Shown in pieces: positions 51,991-61,759 of a stretch of 64,000 bases of DNA. The DNA comes from an uncultured Acidimicrobiia bacterium (lineage in GTDB: Bacteria > Acidobacteriota > Terriglobia > Versatilivoradales > Versatilivoraceae), in the NCBI GenBank assembly GCA_963786955.1, contig CAWBAT010000004.1, forward strand, positions 1 through 64,000, given 5' to 3'. The translations under genes were made by a program, and so were the position numbers. A model generated the notes under the pieces. That model made no database searches. It was not told where the DNA came from and saw only the letters and a list, made by a program, of their open reading frames with translations. Positions within the stretch are counted from its first letter, which is position 1, and each line of letters starts with the position of its first letter.

Positions 51991-52102
51991 TGGCTTTTCT
52001 TTTTATTACAAGAGTGGCTTCTTCGAACCCGGCCCTCTCATTCTCTTCATTTGCAGGAGGACCCAGATCTACGAGGTCTCCTGAATTCCTAAGGAGGTTG
52101 TC

Positions 52103-53080
52103 TTGATGAAAGTCTTGTTTCTCGGCATTCCGAACCAGTTGCATCCTTGGTATGACGACGTCTTGAAAGCGGTTGGCAACCGCTGGCCCATCGAATTATT
52201 CGACCCAGCCAAATCCAAACACGAGCAGTTCAAAGGTGTTAACGTCGTGGTGGATCAAGGAGGTCAATCTGGTAAACGTGAGATGATCGACCTCGGTCTC
52301 GCGGTCGGCGTGAAGCTCTGGCAAGTCTTGGGAGTTGGTGTCGATCATGTGGATGTTCGCTACTTGTTAGAAAAGAAGCTTCCCCTGGCTAATACTCCCG
52401 GCCCATCGAGTGCTGTGGCACTTGCTGAACATGCTCTCTTCTTGATGTTGTTATTTGCGAAGAATTTTTACCAAAGCCAGGAAAATATTTCAGCGAAAAT
52501 CCTCTGTTACCCCATCAATGAAGAATTGGAAGGGAAAACACTGGGCCTCTTGGGGCTGGGAGCCAGTGGCCGGGCTTTGGCCAAACGTGCCGCAGCCATG
52601 GGGATGCGTATTCTGGCCACCGATCTGGTTGAGATTCCGCCAGCAGTGATCGAAGAATGTCATCTTGGCTTTTTTGGAACCCCTGACCAGATGGGCCGCG
52701 TGCTGAGTGAGGCTGATTACTTCTCCATTCACGTTCCACTGACATCTAAAACCCGCCACATGGTCGGGCGAGAGCAACTCAAACAAATGAAAAAGACAGC
52801 GGTGCTGATTAATATCGCACGAGGTGGAGTCGTCGATGAGGCCGCCCTGCTCGAGACACTTCGAGAAGGTGGGATCAAAGGCGCAGGATTAGATGTCTTC
52901 TCGAAAGAACCGATTGACCCTCAGCACTCACTTCTTCAGTTTAAAAATGTCATCGCCACACCCCATATTGCAGGGGTGACCTACGGCACCTCGCGTCGGC
53001 GCGGCGAAGCAGTAGCTGAGAACATTGACCGAATTTCACGGGGGTTAGCACCGCTCTTTCAGATCAATTCGGTGGATTAA
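52103..53080 (+). CDS. D-isomer-specific 2-hydroxyacid dehydrogenase
   Basis: GLLGLGASG, LINIARG, AGLDVF and TPHIAG. Confidence 0.9.
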   Translation: MMKVLFLGIPNQLHPWYDDVLKAVGNRWPIELFDPAKSKHEQFKGVNVVVDQGGQSGKREMIDLGLAVGVKLWQVLGVGVDHVDVRYLLEKKLPLANTPGPSSAVALAEHALFLMLLFAKNFYQSQENISAKILCYPINEELEGKTLGLLGLGASGRALAKRAAAMGMRILATDLVEIPPAVIEECHLGFFGTPDQMGRVLSEADYFSIHVPLTSKTRHMVGREQLKQMKKTAVLINIARGGVVDEAALLETLREGGIKGAGLDVFSKEPIDPQHSLLQFKNVIATPHIAGVTYGTSRRRGEAVAENIDRISRGLAPLFQINSVD

Positions 53081-53265
53081 GATTGGGAATCCGCCAGCGG
53101 GAATTTTGCTTTCGCTGCATGGCGAGGGGGAACCTGGAGATTTATGGGGAACGGCTCAGGCTTTCGACTTCCTAGGGACTCTTTACAATTAAGAAAGTCT
53201 TTGAGACCGGGAGCCGTTCCTAAGAGAGTGTTTTGTTCGAACTCACGGCGCTTGTGAGCTAAACA

Positions 53266-53589
53266 TTACCTCTTGCCCGGGGAGCGATATTTCACCACTT
53301 TCTTGGACGCCTGATCTACTTCCTGTGGAGTGAGAAGCACTGTCGTTTTGAGGGTAACGGCTCCGCTGGCGTTGACCGCCATCGAGATGGCCGCAACGGT
53401 TGCCTGATTCGGTGCATCGACAATTATATAGACATCCGAATCCCCAAAAGCAAAATAAAACGCCTCAATTTTTCCGCCAGCGGCCTTGGTCATTTCCTCG
53501 ACCATCGCCTTGCGTTTTGACCCACCGTCTTTCAAAAGCCCTTTTGTTCCATCGGCAGTGTAAGATGCCTGCAAGAGATATTTAGGCAT
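53266..53589 (-). CDS. GYD-domain protein
   Basis: MPKYLLQASYT..G and AFYFAFGDSDVY. Confidence 0.8.
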   Translation of the reverse strand: MPKYLLQASYTADGTKGLLKDGGSKRKAMVEEMTKAAGGKIEAFYFAFGDSDVYIIVDAPNQATVAAISMAVNASGAVTLKTTVLLTPQEVDQASKKVVKYRSPGKR

Positions 53590-53723
53590 ATACCACCTCC
53601 ATGATTTTTTTATTGTCGTCAAGGGGAACGTTACCACATTTTCTTTAGAATATCACTTTGACTCCTTGAGTATTGATCATTCGTGTCAGTTGCGTGTTCA
53701 TGCATCACAAAACAAAATAACAA

Positions 53724-54191
53724 TCATCCCTTTGGAATGACTTTGCGCCGGACCAGCCATCGAATCCAGAATTCCGAAAAACCATAGACCAAAATCGCCA
53801 GTGCAGAATAAACCAACTGCTTCGGGTTGTGGAGAAATTCCGCTAGAGTCTTTTGAAAACGCAGCTTTGCCGCTTGTTGGGTTGAGAGGGGTCTCCCCAT
53901 CTCGTCTTCCTCGCGGTCAGCCTTCGCGTCGCCATTATCATCAAAGCTAACGATCTGAGGAGGACCTGCCCGTTCATCGATCCATTTATCCCACTTCCCA
54001 TTCCGATCCAAGTCGCAAAATGTACGCCAAGGCCGGCCATTTCGAGTGTAGCGAACCATAGTTCCCGTTTCTGGCGAATCTTGACACCAGTCTTTATGCA
54101 AGGTGCCATAGCCAAAATAGTAGGCCATAGCTATCAAGATTAAAAGTGCGGCCGCTCTCAAAGGAAGGGAAATGAGATCCACCGAATTCAT
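53724..54191 (-). CDS. Hypothetical 2-TM protein with DxDxNG/DxNxD loops
   Basis: CDLDRNGKWD and FDDNGDAKAD between two hydrophobic segments. Confidence 0.55.
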   Translation of the reverse strand: MNSVDLISLPLRAAALLILIAMAYYFGYGTLHKDWCQDSPETGTMVRYTRNGRPWRTFCDLDRNGKWDKWIDERAGPPQIVSFDDNGDAKADREEDEMGRPLSTQQAAKLRFQKTLAEFLHNPKQLVYSALAILVYGFSEFWIRWLVRRKVIPKG

Positions 54192-54360
54192 AGAATTCCC
54201 CTTAAATTTCATTTCTTTTGAATTTATCACGCCTAAGATATATTTCAGGTCTTGGATTTTAAGATAGATTTGATTGGAAATCCTCAAGCAAGAAACCACG
54301 TCGCAACTTGTCAGGGTTTCACAAATCATTGACCTCATACAAAAGCCAGGAGGAAGGCTG

Positions 54361-55575
54361 ATGACGCATTATGAGCAGATGATGCGAACGATCCGAGGAG
54401 AACCAACAGACCAGATTCCGTGGGCTCCCCGGATGGATCTGTGGTGTATTTCACTGCGTGCGCGGCAAGAATTACCGGCAAAGTTCACTGGACGAAATAC
54501 GGCTGAGATTGCGGATGTGCTCGACGTCGCCTGCCATGCCGTCCGTGCGGATTACACCCAGACACGGGATCCGCGCGATTTAATGCTGCGAGGGTTTGCT
54601 TTGGACAATCACCAGGATTACCCCTACCGAGTTGAAATGCATGACTTCCCTGTCGAATTCCATCATGACGACGAGAACTTGAGGACCACCATCCGAACTC
54701 CGAAGGGCGAAATCACGACACACTTACAATTTAATGCCGAGATGAAACGAACAGGGATCTCTATCCCCTTTGTGAAGCAATACCCCATTAGTTCCGTCAA
54801 AGACTTTGAGGCTGTGGGTCTCATATTCGACCACCTGGAGGTAATTCCAACTCCTGAAGCATACGCTCGTTTTCACGAACGGGTTGGCGAACGCGGCTTG
54901 GCTGTTGCCAACGGGCTGTCCCTGGCCTCTCCAATGCATCTGATCTTGCATGACCTGATGCACATGGAACAGTTCTTCTATGCGCAAGCCGATGAACCTG
55001 AAGCATTGAACGAACTGGCAGAACGAATGGTTCCCTTTTTTGAGAAGGCCTTGAGCGCGGCGTTGTTGTCCAATGCGGAAGTACTCTTCTGTGGCGGAAA
55101 TTATGATGATGCGCTTACTCCTCCCCCTTTCTTCAAGAAAGAGATTGCCCCCTGGTTGCGAAAACTGAGTGAGCGGATCCGGGCGGCTGGAAAGCTTTTG
55201 CTGACCCATTGCGACGGGGAGAACCGCCGCTTGATGACACAATATCCGGCATGCGGATTTGATGTGGCTGAGTCGGTCTGTCCAACCCCGATGACTTACT
55301 GTACTCTCGCTGAACTGCGTGCCGGTATGGGACCCAATATTACCATTTGGGGAGGGATTCCGGCTGTTGCTCTGCTCGATAACTCAATGGATGAAGCCAC
55401 CTTTGAGGCCTACCTGGATGAGTTGTTTGCTCATCTGGGTAGCGGAGAGCGGTTGATTCTTGGGGTATCGGATAATGTTCCTCCCGATGCCAATCTCGCG
55501 CGAATAGAAAGGATCAAGGAGCGAGTCGAGGCGTTCGGACCCGTCCGACCTTTGAAAAAAAACCCCGTCTCATGA
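54361..55575 (+). CDS. Uroporphyrinogen decarboxylase (URO-D/CIMS-like) family protein
   Basis: LTHCDG, IWGGIP and LILGVSDNVPP; RBS GGAGG. Confidence 0.8.
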   Translation: MTHYEQMMRTIRGEPTDQIPWAPRMDLWCISLRARQELPAKFTGRNTAEIADVLDVACHAVRADYTQTRDPRDLMLRGFALDNHQDYPYRVEMHDFPVEFHHDDENLRTTIRTPKGEITTHLQFNAEMKRTGISIPFVKQYPISSVKDFEAVGLIFDHLEVIPTPEAYARFHERVGERGLAVANGLSLASPMHLILHDLMHMEQFFYAQADEPEALNELAERMVPFFEKALSAALLSNAEVLFCGGNYDDALTPPPFFKKEIAPWLRKLSERIRAAGKLLLTHCDGENRRLMTQYPACGFDVAESVCPTPMTYCTLAELRAGMGPNITIWGGIPAVALLDNSMDEATFEAYLDELFAHLGSGERLILGVSDNVPPDANLARIERIKERVEAFGPVRPLKKNPVS

Positions 55576-55597
55576 TGTGCGAGCGGGGGATTTTTTG
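55555..55597 (+). terminator. Probable bidirectional terminator overlapping the stop codon
   Basis: A-run, CCCCGTCTC...GAGCGGGG, then T-run. Confidence 0.5.
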
Positions 55598-55824
55598 GGC
55601 ACGTTTTACGATTCCCATTTAGCCTGGCGTCGCGTGAGGCTGGGGCTTTGAGAAAATCCAAAGCCGACGACAGTTCTCATATTGTTGCAGGCTGAGTTAC
55701 CGACCGGGCGCAAACTTTTCCAAGCGTCGAGCGTGCTGAAGGATTTCTCTTAAGGTCTGTAGCGTTTCATTTCGAAAACAAATCATCGAATTTTAGAGGT
55801 CGCAGACCTCCACACCTGGGAGGT

Positions 55825-57081
55825 ATGGACTTTAATACTTTAAAGGAGACTGGTGACATGAGAAGAGTGCAGCTTCAACAGTTCATCGATTTAACCCAAT
55901 CTAAGGGAATGGATTCCGCCACAGCCCCATCCCTCCCCCTGTCCCACTCCCAACGGGATAGGACGATCCACCGGCCGGAAGGACCTACTCAGACGGATCG
56001 AAGCTCGGGAGTTAAGCTGGATCGCCGCTCGTTCTTTTCAGTGGCGGCCAGCCTAGCGGCACTGACGAGCATGGCTCCAACAGCCTTTGCGCGAAATTTT
56101 GGGCAGGATGCAGAACCGCAGCGATATCCGGACCCGGATATCGTTGTCCTCGACAAACGATTCAAATACAAGATCGGAAATACCCCAATCCAGCGGCTGT
56201 ATCGTGGGACACTCTGGGCGGAAGGGCCGGCTTGGAGTGGCGTCGGACGCTATCTGCTCTGGAGCGACATTCCGAATAACGAACAACTTCGTTGGCTCGA
56301 GGAAGACGGATATGTAGCCCGCCGATTTCGCTTTCCCACCGGGAATAGTAATGGAAATACGTTCGATTTTCAGGGCCGCCAGATCGCCTGTGAGCACGGA
56401 ACTCACCGGGTCGTTCGTTATGAACTGGATGGCAGCGTGACCGTCCTTGCCGAGAACTTCAATGGCAAGCCGCTCAACGCCCCCAATGATGTTGTCGTCT
56501 ATCCCAACGATGGATCTATCTGGTTTACCGATCCCGGTTACGGTAGTTTGATGAATTATGAAGGGCACCGGGCCAATACGAGTTCCGTCCAGCCTTTCCA
56601 GAAGGAAGCGGTGTACCGCATTGACGCTCAGACCGGCAAGATCGAGCTTGTTGCCGATCAGCCCTACAAACCAAACGGAATCTGTTTTTCCAATGATTAC
56701 AAGCGACTCTATATCGCGGACACCGGCGGGTCTCATTATCCCGAAGCCAAGAATATTATCTGGGTTTATGACTTCGATGGCCGAACCCTCAAGAATCCGA
56801 GAACATTCATTAATATGGAATTAAATGGAAAATCTGGATTCTCGGACGGGATTCGTTGTGATGAAGATGGCAACGTCTGGTCGAGTGCCGGTTGGGTGGG
56901 CGATGGCTACGACGGAGTTCACGTATTCGCTCCGAATGGAGACCGGATTGGGCAAATCCGCCTGCCTGAAATCTGTTCCAATGTGTGTTTCGGTGGAACG
57001 AAACGCAACCGGCTATTCATGACTGGCAGCCAATCTCTCTATGCCGTGTTCGTCGAGACGAGAGGCGCGCACATCACGTAG
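55825..57081 (+). CDS. SMP-30/gluconolactonase family protein, Tat-like signal (start uncertain)
   Basis: DRRSFF, WAEGPAW, SDIPNN, NAPND, FTDPGYG, PNGICFS and SDGIRCD. Confidence 0.88.
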   Translation: MDFNTLKETGDMRRVQLQQFIDLTQSKGMDSATAPSLPLSHSQRDRTIHRPEGPTQTDRSSGVKLDRRSFFSVAASLAALTSMAPTAFARNFGQDAEPQRYPDPDIVVLDKRFKYKIGNTPIQRLYRGTLWAEGPAWSGVGRYLLWSDIPNNEQLRWLEEDGYVARRFRFPTGNSNGNTFDFQGRQIACEHGTHRVVRYELDGSVTVLAENFNGKPLNAPNDVVVYPNDGSIWFTDPGYGSLMNYEGHRANTSSVQPFQKEAVYRIDAQTGKIELVADQPYKPNGICFSNDYKRLYIADTGGSHYPEAKNIIWVYDFDGRTLKNPRTFINMELNGKSGFSDGIRCDEDGNVWSSAGWVGDGYDGVHVFAPNGDRIGQIRLPEICSNVCFGGTKRNRLFMTGSQSLYAVFVETRGAHIT

Positions 57082-57111
57082 TCTTGGAATCACAGGCTAC
57101 TCCCTGGCGTC

Positions 57112-57310
57112 TTCATTTGCCATTGTTCATCGTTCATTTCTCATTTGCCATTTTCAAGTGGTGTTACGTGTGCGGGGTTCTCACACGGCAAATCACAATG
57201 GCGAATGCTCGTTTCGTTCATTTATTCATTGGTGGGTACCGTCGTTGTGATTTCATCAAATCCTCCAATAGGAAATGGGAAATGAACGATGAACAATGGC
57301 AAATAAGAAA
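57112..57310. repeat. Inverted arms built of 7-bp tandem units (TCATTTG/TCATTGT-like)
   Basis: TTCATTTGCCATTGTTCATCGTTCATTTCTCATTT versus AAATGGGAAATGAACGATGAACAATGGCAAAT; a second copy lies at 59643-59728. Confidence 0.7.
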
Positions 57311-57326
57311 CTATTGACACGGCTGA

Positions 57327-58691
57327 ATGCACTGGGGGGGGGCGGACGGGAATATGATGAATGATCCTATGCAGAACTTGCCACATTGGTTCCACCCAAC
57401 CCAGCGCCCCTATCGTTTCACGGTTCTGCTTTTTGCCAGCCTCATCACTTCCGGGAGTTACTTTGCATATGACAGCGTGGGGGCTATCCCCGATCAGCTC
57501 ATGCGGAAATGGGGAGTGGATCAGGCTTCAATCGGCAGCTTGTATTCGGTGTACAGCTTGTCTGCCATATTGACTCTGCTATTTGGCGGAATCTTGATCG
57601 ACAAAATTGGGACTAGAAAATCGAGTTTGCTCTTTTCCGGGGTGGTGACGATGGGAGCCGCGCTGGTAGCCTTTGCCCCCAATATTCAGGTCGCTTACGC
57701 CGGGCGCTTCCTTTTTGGAGCTGGTTCTGAGTCCCTCATCACCGCCCAGAATGCTATCCTGGCACGCTGGTTCAAAGGCAAGGAACTCGCTCTGGCTTTT
57801 GGTGCCACACTGACAATCTGTCGGCTGGGAACCCTGTTTAGTTTCAACTCCGAAGCCTTGATTGCGGAGCGTTTCAGCCCCGAGATGGCGCTTTGGGCAG
57901 CCGTTCTATTCTGTGCGCTTAGTTTACTCACTAACCTGATTTTCGTTTTTCTGGACAAACGAGGAGAACGGGCATTAGGACTGGTTAACGGGGCATCGAG
58001 TGACAGAATTGTATTCAAAGAGATCCGCGATTTCTCGAAATCATATTGGTATGTCACTCTCCTTTGCCTGACGTTTTATTCTGCCATCTTCCCTTTTACT
58101 GCCCTTTCCACCAACTTTTTCGCCGAAAAATGGGGTCTGCCTAGCGCTTCGGGCGAGGGGTTAGGTTTTTTCCAGGCGGTCTTCTCCAACTTCATGCATT
58201 TGTTTTCAACTGCCCCCGGGACTTCATCAATCATCATCTTCGCGTCGATGGTGTTTGCTCCATTCGCCGGGGGACTGGTAGATCGGATCGGGAAAAGGGC
58301 TACCATGATGTTGTTCGGATCCTTGCTCATGATTCCCTCATACCTGCTGCTGGCATTCACAACCTTACCTCCCAAATTTGCGATGTGCCTCCTGGGAGCC
58401 TCATTCGTTCTGGTCCCAGCAGCCATGTGGCCGTCGATTCCACTGGTTGTCAAACCGCAGTTAATCGGAACCGCCTTTGGTCTGACGAATATGATCCAGA
58501 ATATCGGCCTGATGACTTTCCCGTGGCTTAATGGTCATTTGCGAGTGCTGACACAGAACTACACCGCCAGCATGATCATGTTCGCCAGTCTGGGCTTGCT
58601 CGGTTTTGTTCTTTCGATTGCTTTAAGATCTGCAGATGCCAAGAGTGGGGGCATTCTGGAGAACCCCGGGAGCCAAGGGGAAAAAGACTGA
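57327..58691 (+). CDS. MFS transporter, MFSD1-like
   Basis: GSYFAYD, GGILIDKIG, GRFLFGAGSES, WFKGKELALAFG and GTAFGL. Confidence 0.85.
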   Translation: MHWGGADGNMMNDPMQNLPHWFHPTQRPYRFTVLLFASLITSGSYFAYDSVGAIPDQLMRKWGVDQASIGSLYSVYSLSAILTLLFGGILIDKIGTRKSSLLFSGVVTMGAALVAFAPNIQVAYAGRFLFGAGSESLITAQNAILARWFKGKELALAFGATLTICRLGTLFSFNSEALIAERFSPEMALWAAVLFCALSLLTNLIFVFLDKRGERALGLVNGASSDRIVFKEIRDFSKSYWYVTLLCLTFYSAIFPFTALSTNFFAEKWGLPSASGEGLGFFQAVFSNFMHLFSTAPGTSSIIIFASMVFAPFAGGLVDRIGKRATMMLFGSLLMIPSYLLLAFTTLPPKFAMCLLGASFVLVPAAMWPSIPLVVKPQLIGTAFGLTNMIQNIGLMTFPWLNGHLRVLTQNYTASMIMFASLGLLGFVLSIALRSADAKSGGILENPGSQGEKD

Positions 58692-58779
58692 GCTAAGGAC
58701 CTGCTGATCCAGTCCTATGTCGTTGGGGTAGGAATCTATTCCGATAACGATTTGAGGTAGGCTCCCAAGATAATAAGGT

Positions 58780-59241
58780 CTACCAGAAGATCACGAGCAG
58801 CAACGCGAAAGTCATAAGACAAAAAGGAGCCAATGCAGGTAGCCCTTCATTATAAGAGGAAGCCGCTAAAGCAGAGCCGTAGAAGCATAACAAGAGCGCC
58901 GCAAGCTTTACGGGGACCTTATACAAACCTTTCCTTCGGGTTATTACTACGCCAAGCCCCATAGCTCCGCAAGCAATGAGGAGGGACCCGAACGGGCTGC
59001 TAGGAAGCACCGAACATAGATCCGCGGCCCTTGCAGCTGCGGTGGGTGATGACATCAGTGTTACGGCAAATAATACCGATGATAGGCACACTGCCAGTTT
59101 GAGAATTTTCACGCAGAGTTCTTTCGAGAGTCCTTCGGGAGTCTTCGTCCAAACTTGACTCATTCTTGCAAGTGGGCAGCCAAACGATGACGCCAGCAAA
59201 CTCGCGCTGTGAAAGGATTCTGTGGGTTTCAACTTTGTCAT
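58780..59241 (-). CDS. Hypothetical membrane protein (start uncertain)
   Basis: About four hydrophobic segments; no recognised motif. Confidence 0.4.
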   Translation of the reverse strand: MTKLKPTESFHSASLLASSFGCPLARMSQVWTKTPEGLSKELCVKILKLAVCLSSVLFAVTLMSSPTAAARAADLCSVLPSSPFGSLLIACGAMGLGVVITRRKGLYKVPVKLAALLLCFYGSALAASSYNEGLPALAPFCLMTFALLLVIFW

Positions 59242-59441
59242 TGGAAAAAAATTCTATTTAAGTGGAATGATTGTGATGCAGGTGAGCCCCGAGGGTTAAC
59301 CGTTCGAAGAAGAGTGGTGTACGGTGCGTCTGAGCCGGCGAGGAAAAACAGTCAGCAGCCCTATTGAGGAGAGGTGCAGAGCACGCGTGAAGGTGTGAAA
59401 GAATTGAGAGCTCCGTAGGGAACGGACGCTGTTCCGTTCCT

Positions 59442-59545
59442 TGTAGAGTTGCGAAACCATTTGAATTCACTGCTCCTCGGCAACGGGGAACGCTACGGCG
59501 AGCGTTCCCTACAACCAGTTCGACAATTCTTTCACACCTTCCCTC
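59442..59545. repeat. Partial third copy of the MITE A/B internal segment
   Basis: GTAGAGT(T/A)GCGAAACCATTTGAA...CCCTACAA.CAGTTCGACAATT matches 105-200; no TIRs seen. Confidence 0.7.
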
Positions 59546-59642
59546 CGGCGGAGGGGAATCATTCGGACTCCTCTTGGGAGGAGAATAATTCGGTGCCATT
59601 AGCCCTCAGGAGTGGGTCTTTGACGGTTGCAACAACCCAATT

Positions 59643-59728
59643 TTTCATTGGTCAATTTCCATTTGCCATCATTCATTTAAGCCTCTCAATGGAAAATGAG
59701 AAATGAACAGTGAACAATAACAAATGAG
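59643..59728. repeat. Second 7-bp-unit inverted repeat
   Basis: TCATTGGTCAATTTCCATTTGCCAT... versus AATGGAAAATGAGAAATGAACAGTGAACAAT. Confidence 0.6.
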
Positions 59729-59774
59729 CCCCTTTGAAAATCCCATTCTTTAAAGGATGGAGCGGACAAACAGA

Positions 59775-60821
59775 TCACCCATTGAGGGTATTTGCAACGC
59801 CAAGGAGCAGTATGGCAACAATGAGTAAGGCGACGCCTACAGCCATAAGCTGCAACGCAGTGCGGCCGGCATGTTTCCATTCCCCATTCACAAAACCCAA
59901 GACGTTCCCGGTCAGGATGGAAGCGATCAACATCATCGGAAAACCAATGTAAGCCCCCAAATGTCCCAATCGAACAGCCCCGGCACCATAAACAATAATG
60001 CCACCTGCCCATACGATCCCCATAATTGCAGCCGCTATCCAGTACCATCCCGTACCGTTTTCTCTGAAGAGAGGTCCCGTTCCATTCCGGCGGATTAGAA
60101 AGGCACAATAAGCCACATTCACAAGAAAGTTTGCGGTGAAGACTAATGCCCATACGGCGTTGCTGGCATTGGCCGTATGGGCACCATGTTTAATTGCTTG
60201 TTCAGAGATCTCGGTTCCGAAGATGAGCCCAAAGTTCACGAGTGCGGAAAAAAGGCCTGCAGCGACGCAAAAGAATAAACCCTTAGAGAAATTAGACTGA
60301 TGCGGCGAAACATCCAGGGTCAGGGAATTGTGCTGGTTTTGATGTTCCCCTTTCCTTTTGCCAGCCAAAGCACAGACAATCAGACCTGAGATCATGACAG
60401 CGATACCACACAGAACGACCAGTCCCGAGGGCTTAGCCAACTGTTCAGGATGTTCCATCAAGAGAGGAATCAAAGATCCGTTAATCGCAATAAGGCCAAA
60501 AATCAAAGATAATCCCAGAGACAGCCCCACCGTACTGATGCCCAGTCCAAAAAAAACTCCTCCAGCCCCCCATCCTGCGCCAAAGAGCAGAGCCATCAGG
60601 ATTGATTGCAGCGAAGAGCTTCGATAGACCTCCACCAACTCGGGAATTGTCAACACCGCAACGGGCCATGGAATCAAGAGTAAGGCCATCAAGGAACCGG
60701 CGCCCCAAATATTTTCCCACTTCCATTTCGGCGTCAGTTTCAGAGGCAGGGCAAAAGCGCCCTCCATGACCCCACCGAGCAGGATCAACAAAATTCCGGT
60801 GATGTACGAGTTTGTTTCCAT
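59775..60821 (-). CDS. rhaT: L-rhamnose/H+ symporter family
   Basis: LPLK..PKWKWENIW, LFGAGWG.GG..FG and GEWK; 10 TM segments. Confidence 0.85.
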   Translation of the reverse strand: METNSYITGILLILLGGVMEGAFALPLKLTPKWKWENIWGAGSLMALLLIPWPVAVLTIPELVEVYRSSSLQSILMALLFGAGWGAGGVFFGLGISTVGLSLGLSLIFGLIAINGSLIPLLMEHPEQLAKPSGLVVLCGIAVMISGLIVCALAGKRKGEHQNQHNSLTLDVSPHQSNFSKGLFFCVAAGLFSALVNFGLIFGTEISEQAIKHGAHTANASNAVWALVFTANFLVNVAYCAFLIRRNGTGPLFRENGTGWYWIAAAIMGIVWAGGIIVYGAGAVRLGHLGAYIGFPMMLIASILTGNVLGFVNGEWKHAGRTALQLMAVGVALLIVAILLLGVANTLNG

Positions 60822-60833
60822 TGGGTTCTTCGC

Positions 60834-61661
60834 CTATTGTGATCCGGCAAATGTACTTGCCTTGCCCAAACCTTCGCTTCCCAGCCCCTGGTATCCTCCG
60901 TCAATAGCCAAATCGGCTGCCGTGATGAAAGAAGCATCATCGCTCAGCAAAAAGAGGATAGGGCCGGCGCATTCAACCGGTTCCCCGCAGCGTTCGAGCA
61001 TATGAAACTGCCCCCAGATTGGCTCCCACTTGGCTCGGTCACCCATGGCCGCTTTGTCGACTTCGCGAGTCCAGATCCACCCGGGACTCACACTGTTCAC
61101 CCGGATACCGTAAGGGGCCAAATCCAGGGCCATACACTTCGTCATGGTATGAACGGCTCCCTTAGCGGCGTTATAGGTCCAGCGATTGGGCTGGGCAATA
61201 AAAGCGGAAATGCTGGACATATTCACGATAGCCCCTCCTCCCAGTTCCTTCATGGATGGGACGACTTCCTGCGCCATCACAGCATAGGCAATCGGGCCGG
61301 CCTGGAAGACGCGATCCCAATCTTCCTTCGTGCTATCCAAACCTTTCGCCGTGAAAGAAAAGGCGTTGTTCACCAAGTAATTAACCTTTCCCCATTTGGC
61401 AATTGTTTGTTCGACAACATCTTTGCAGAATAGCTCTATGGCCATGTCACCGCGACAGAAGAGGACGTCATGGCCAGTGTCTGTCAACTGCTTCGCGGTG
61501 GTTAGCCCGATTTCGCTAATCCCGGTGAAGGCAACCCGTGCGCCTTCCTTGCAAAGTTCTTCAACCGTGGCTCTTCCAATTCCTGATGATCCGCCGGTAA
61601 CAATAGCCACTTTATCTTTGAAACGGTCTTTAATCGGTTCTCGGTTTTTCATCTGTATCAC
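60834..61661 (-). CDS. SDR-family oxidoreductase
   Basis: TGGSSGIG, VNNA, YNAAK and IRVNSVSPG. Confidence 0.9.
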   Translation of the reverse strand: MIQMKNREPIKDRFKDKVAIVTGGSSGIGRATVEELCKEGARVAFTGISEIGLTTAKQLTDTGHDVLFCRGDMAIELFCKDVVEQTIAKWGKVNYLVNNAFSFTAKGLDSTKEDWDRVFQAGPIAYAVMAQEVVPSMKELGGGAIVNMSSISAFIAQPNRWTYNAAKGAVHTMTKCMALDLAPYGIRVNSVSPGWIWTREVDKAAMGDRAKWEPIWGQFHMLERCGEPVECAGPILFLLSDDASFITAADLAIDGGYQGLGSEGLGKASTFAGSQ

Positions 61662-61759
61662 CCTCGTATCATCGATTGTCTATGGGACCGCGAAGGGATA
61701 TCCCTTGCACAAACCTGTCCAGTCCGGGGAAGAAGTGAGATGAGTTCCCGGTTTCACCT

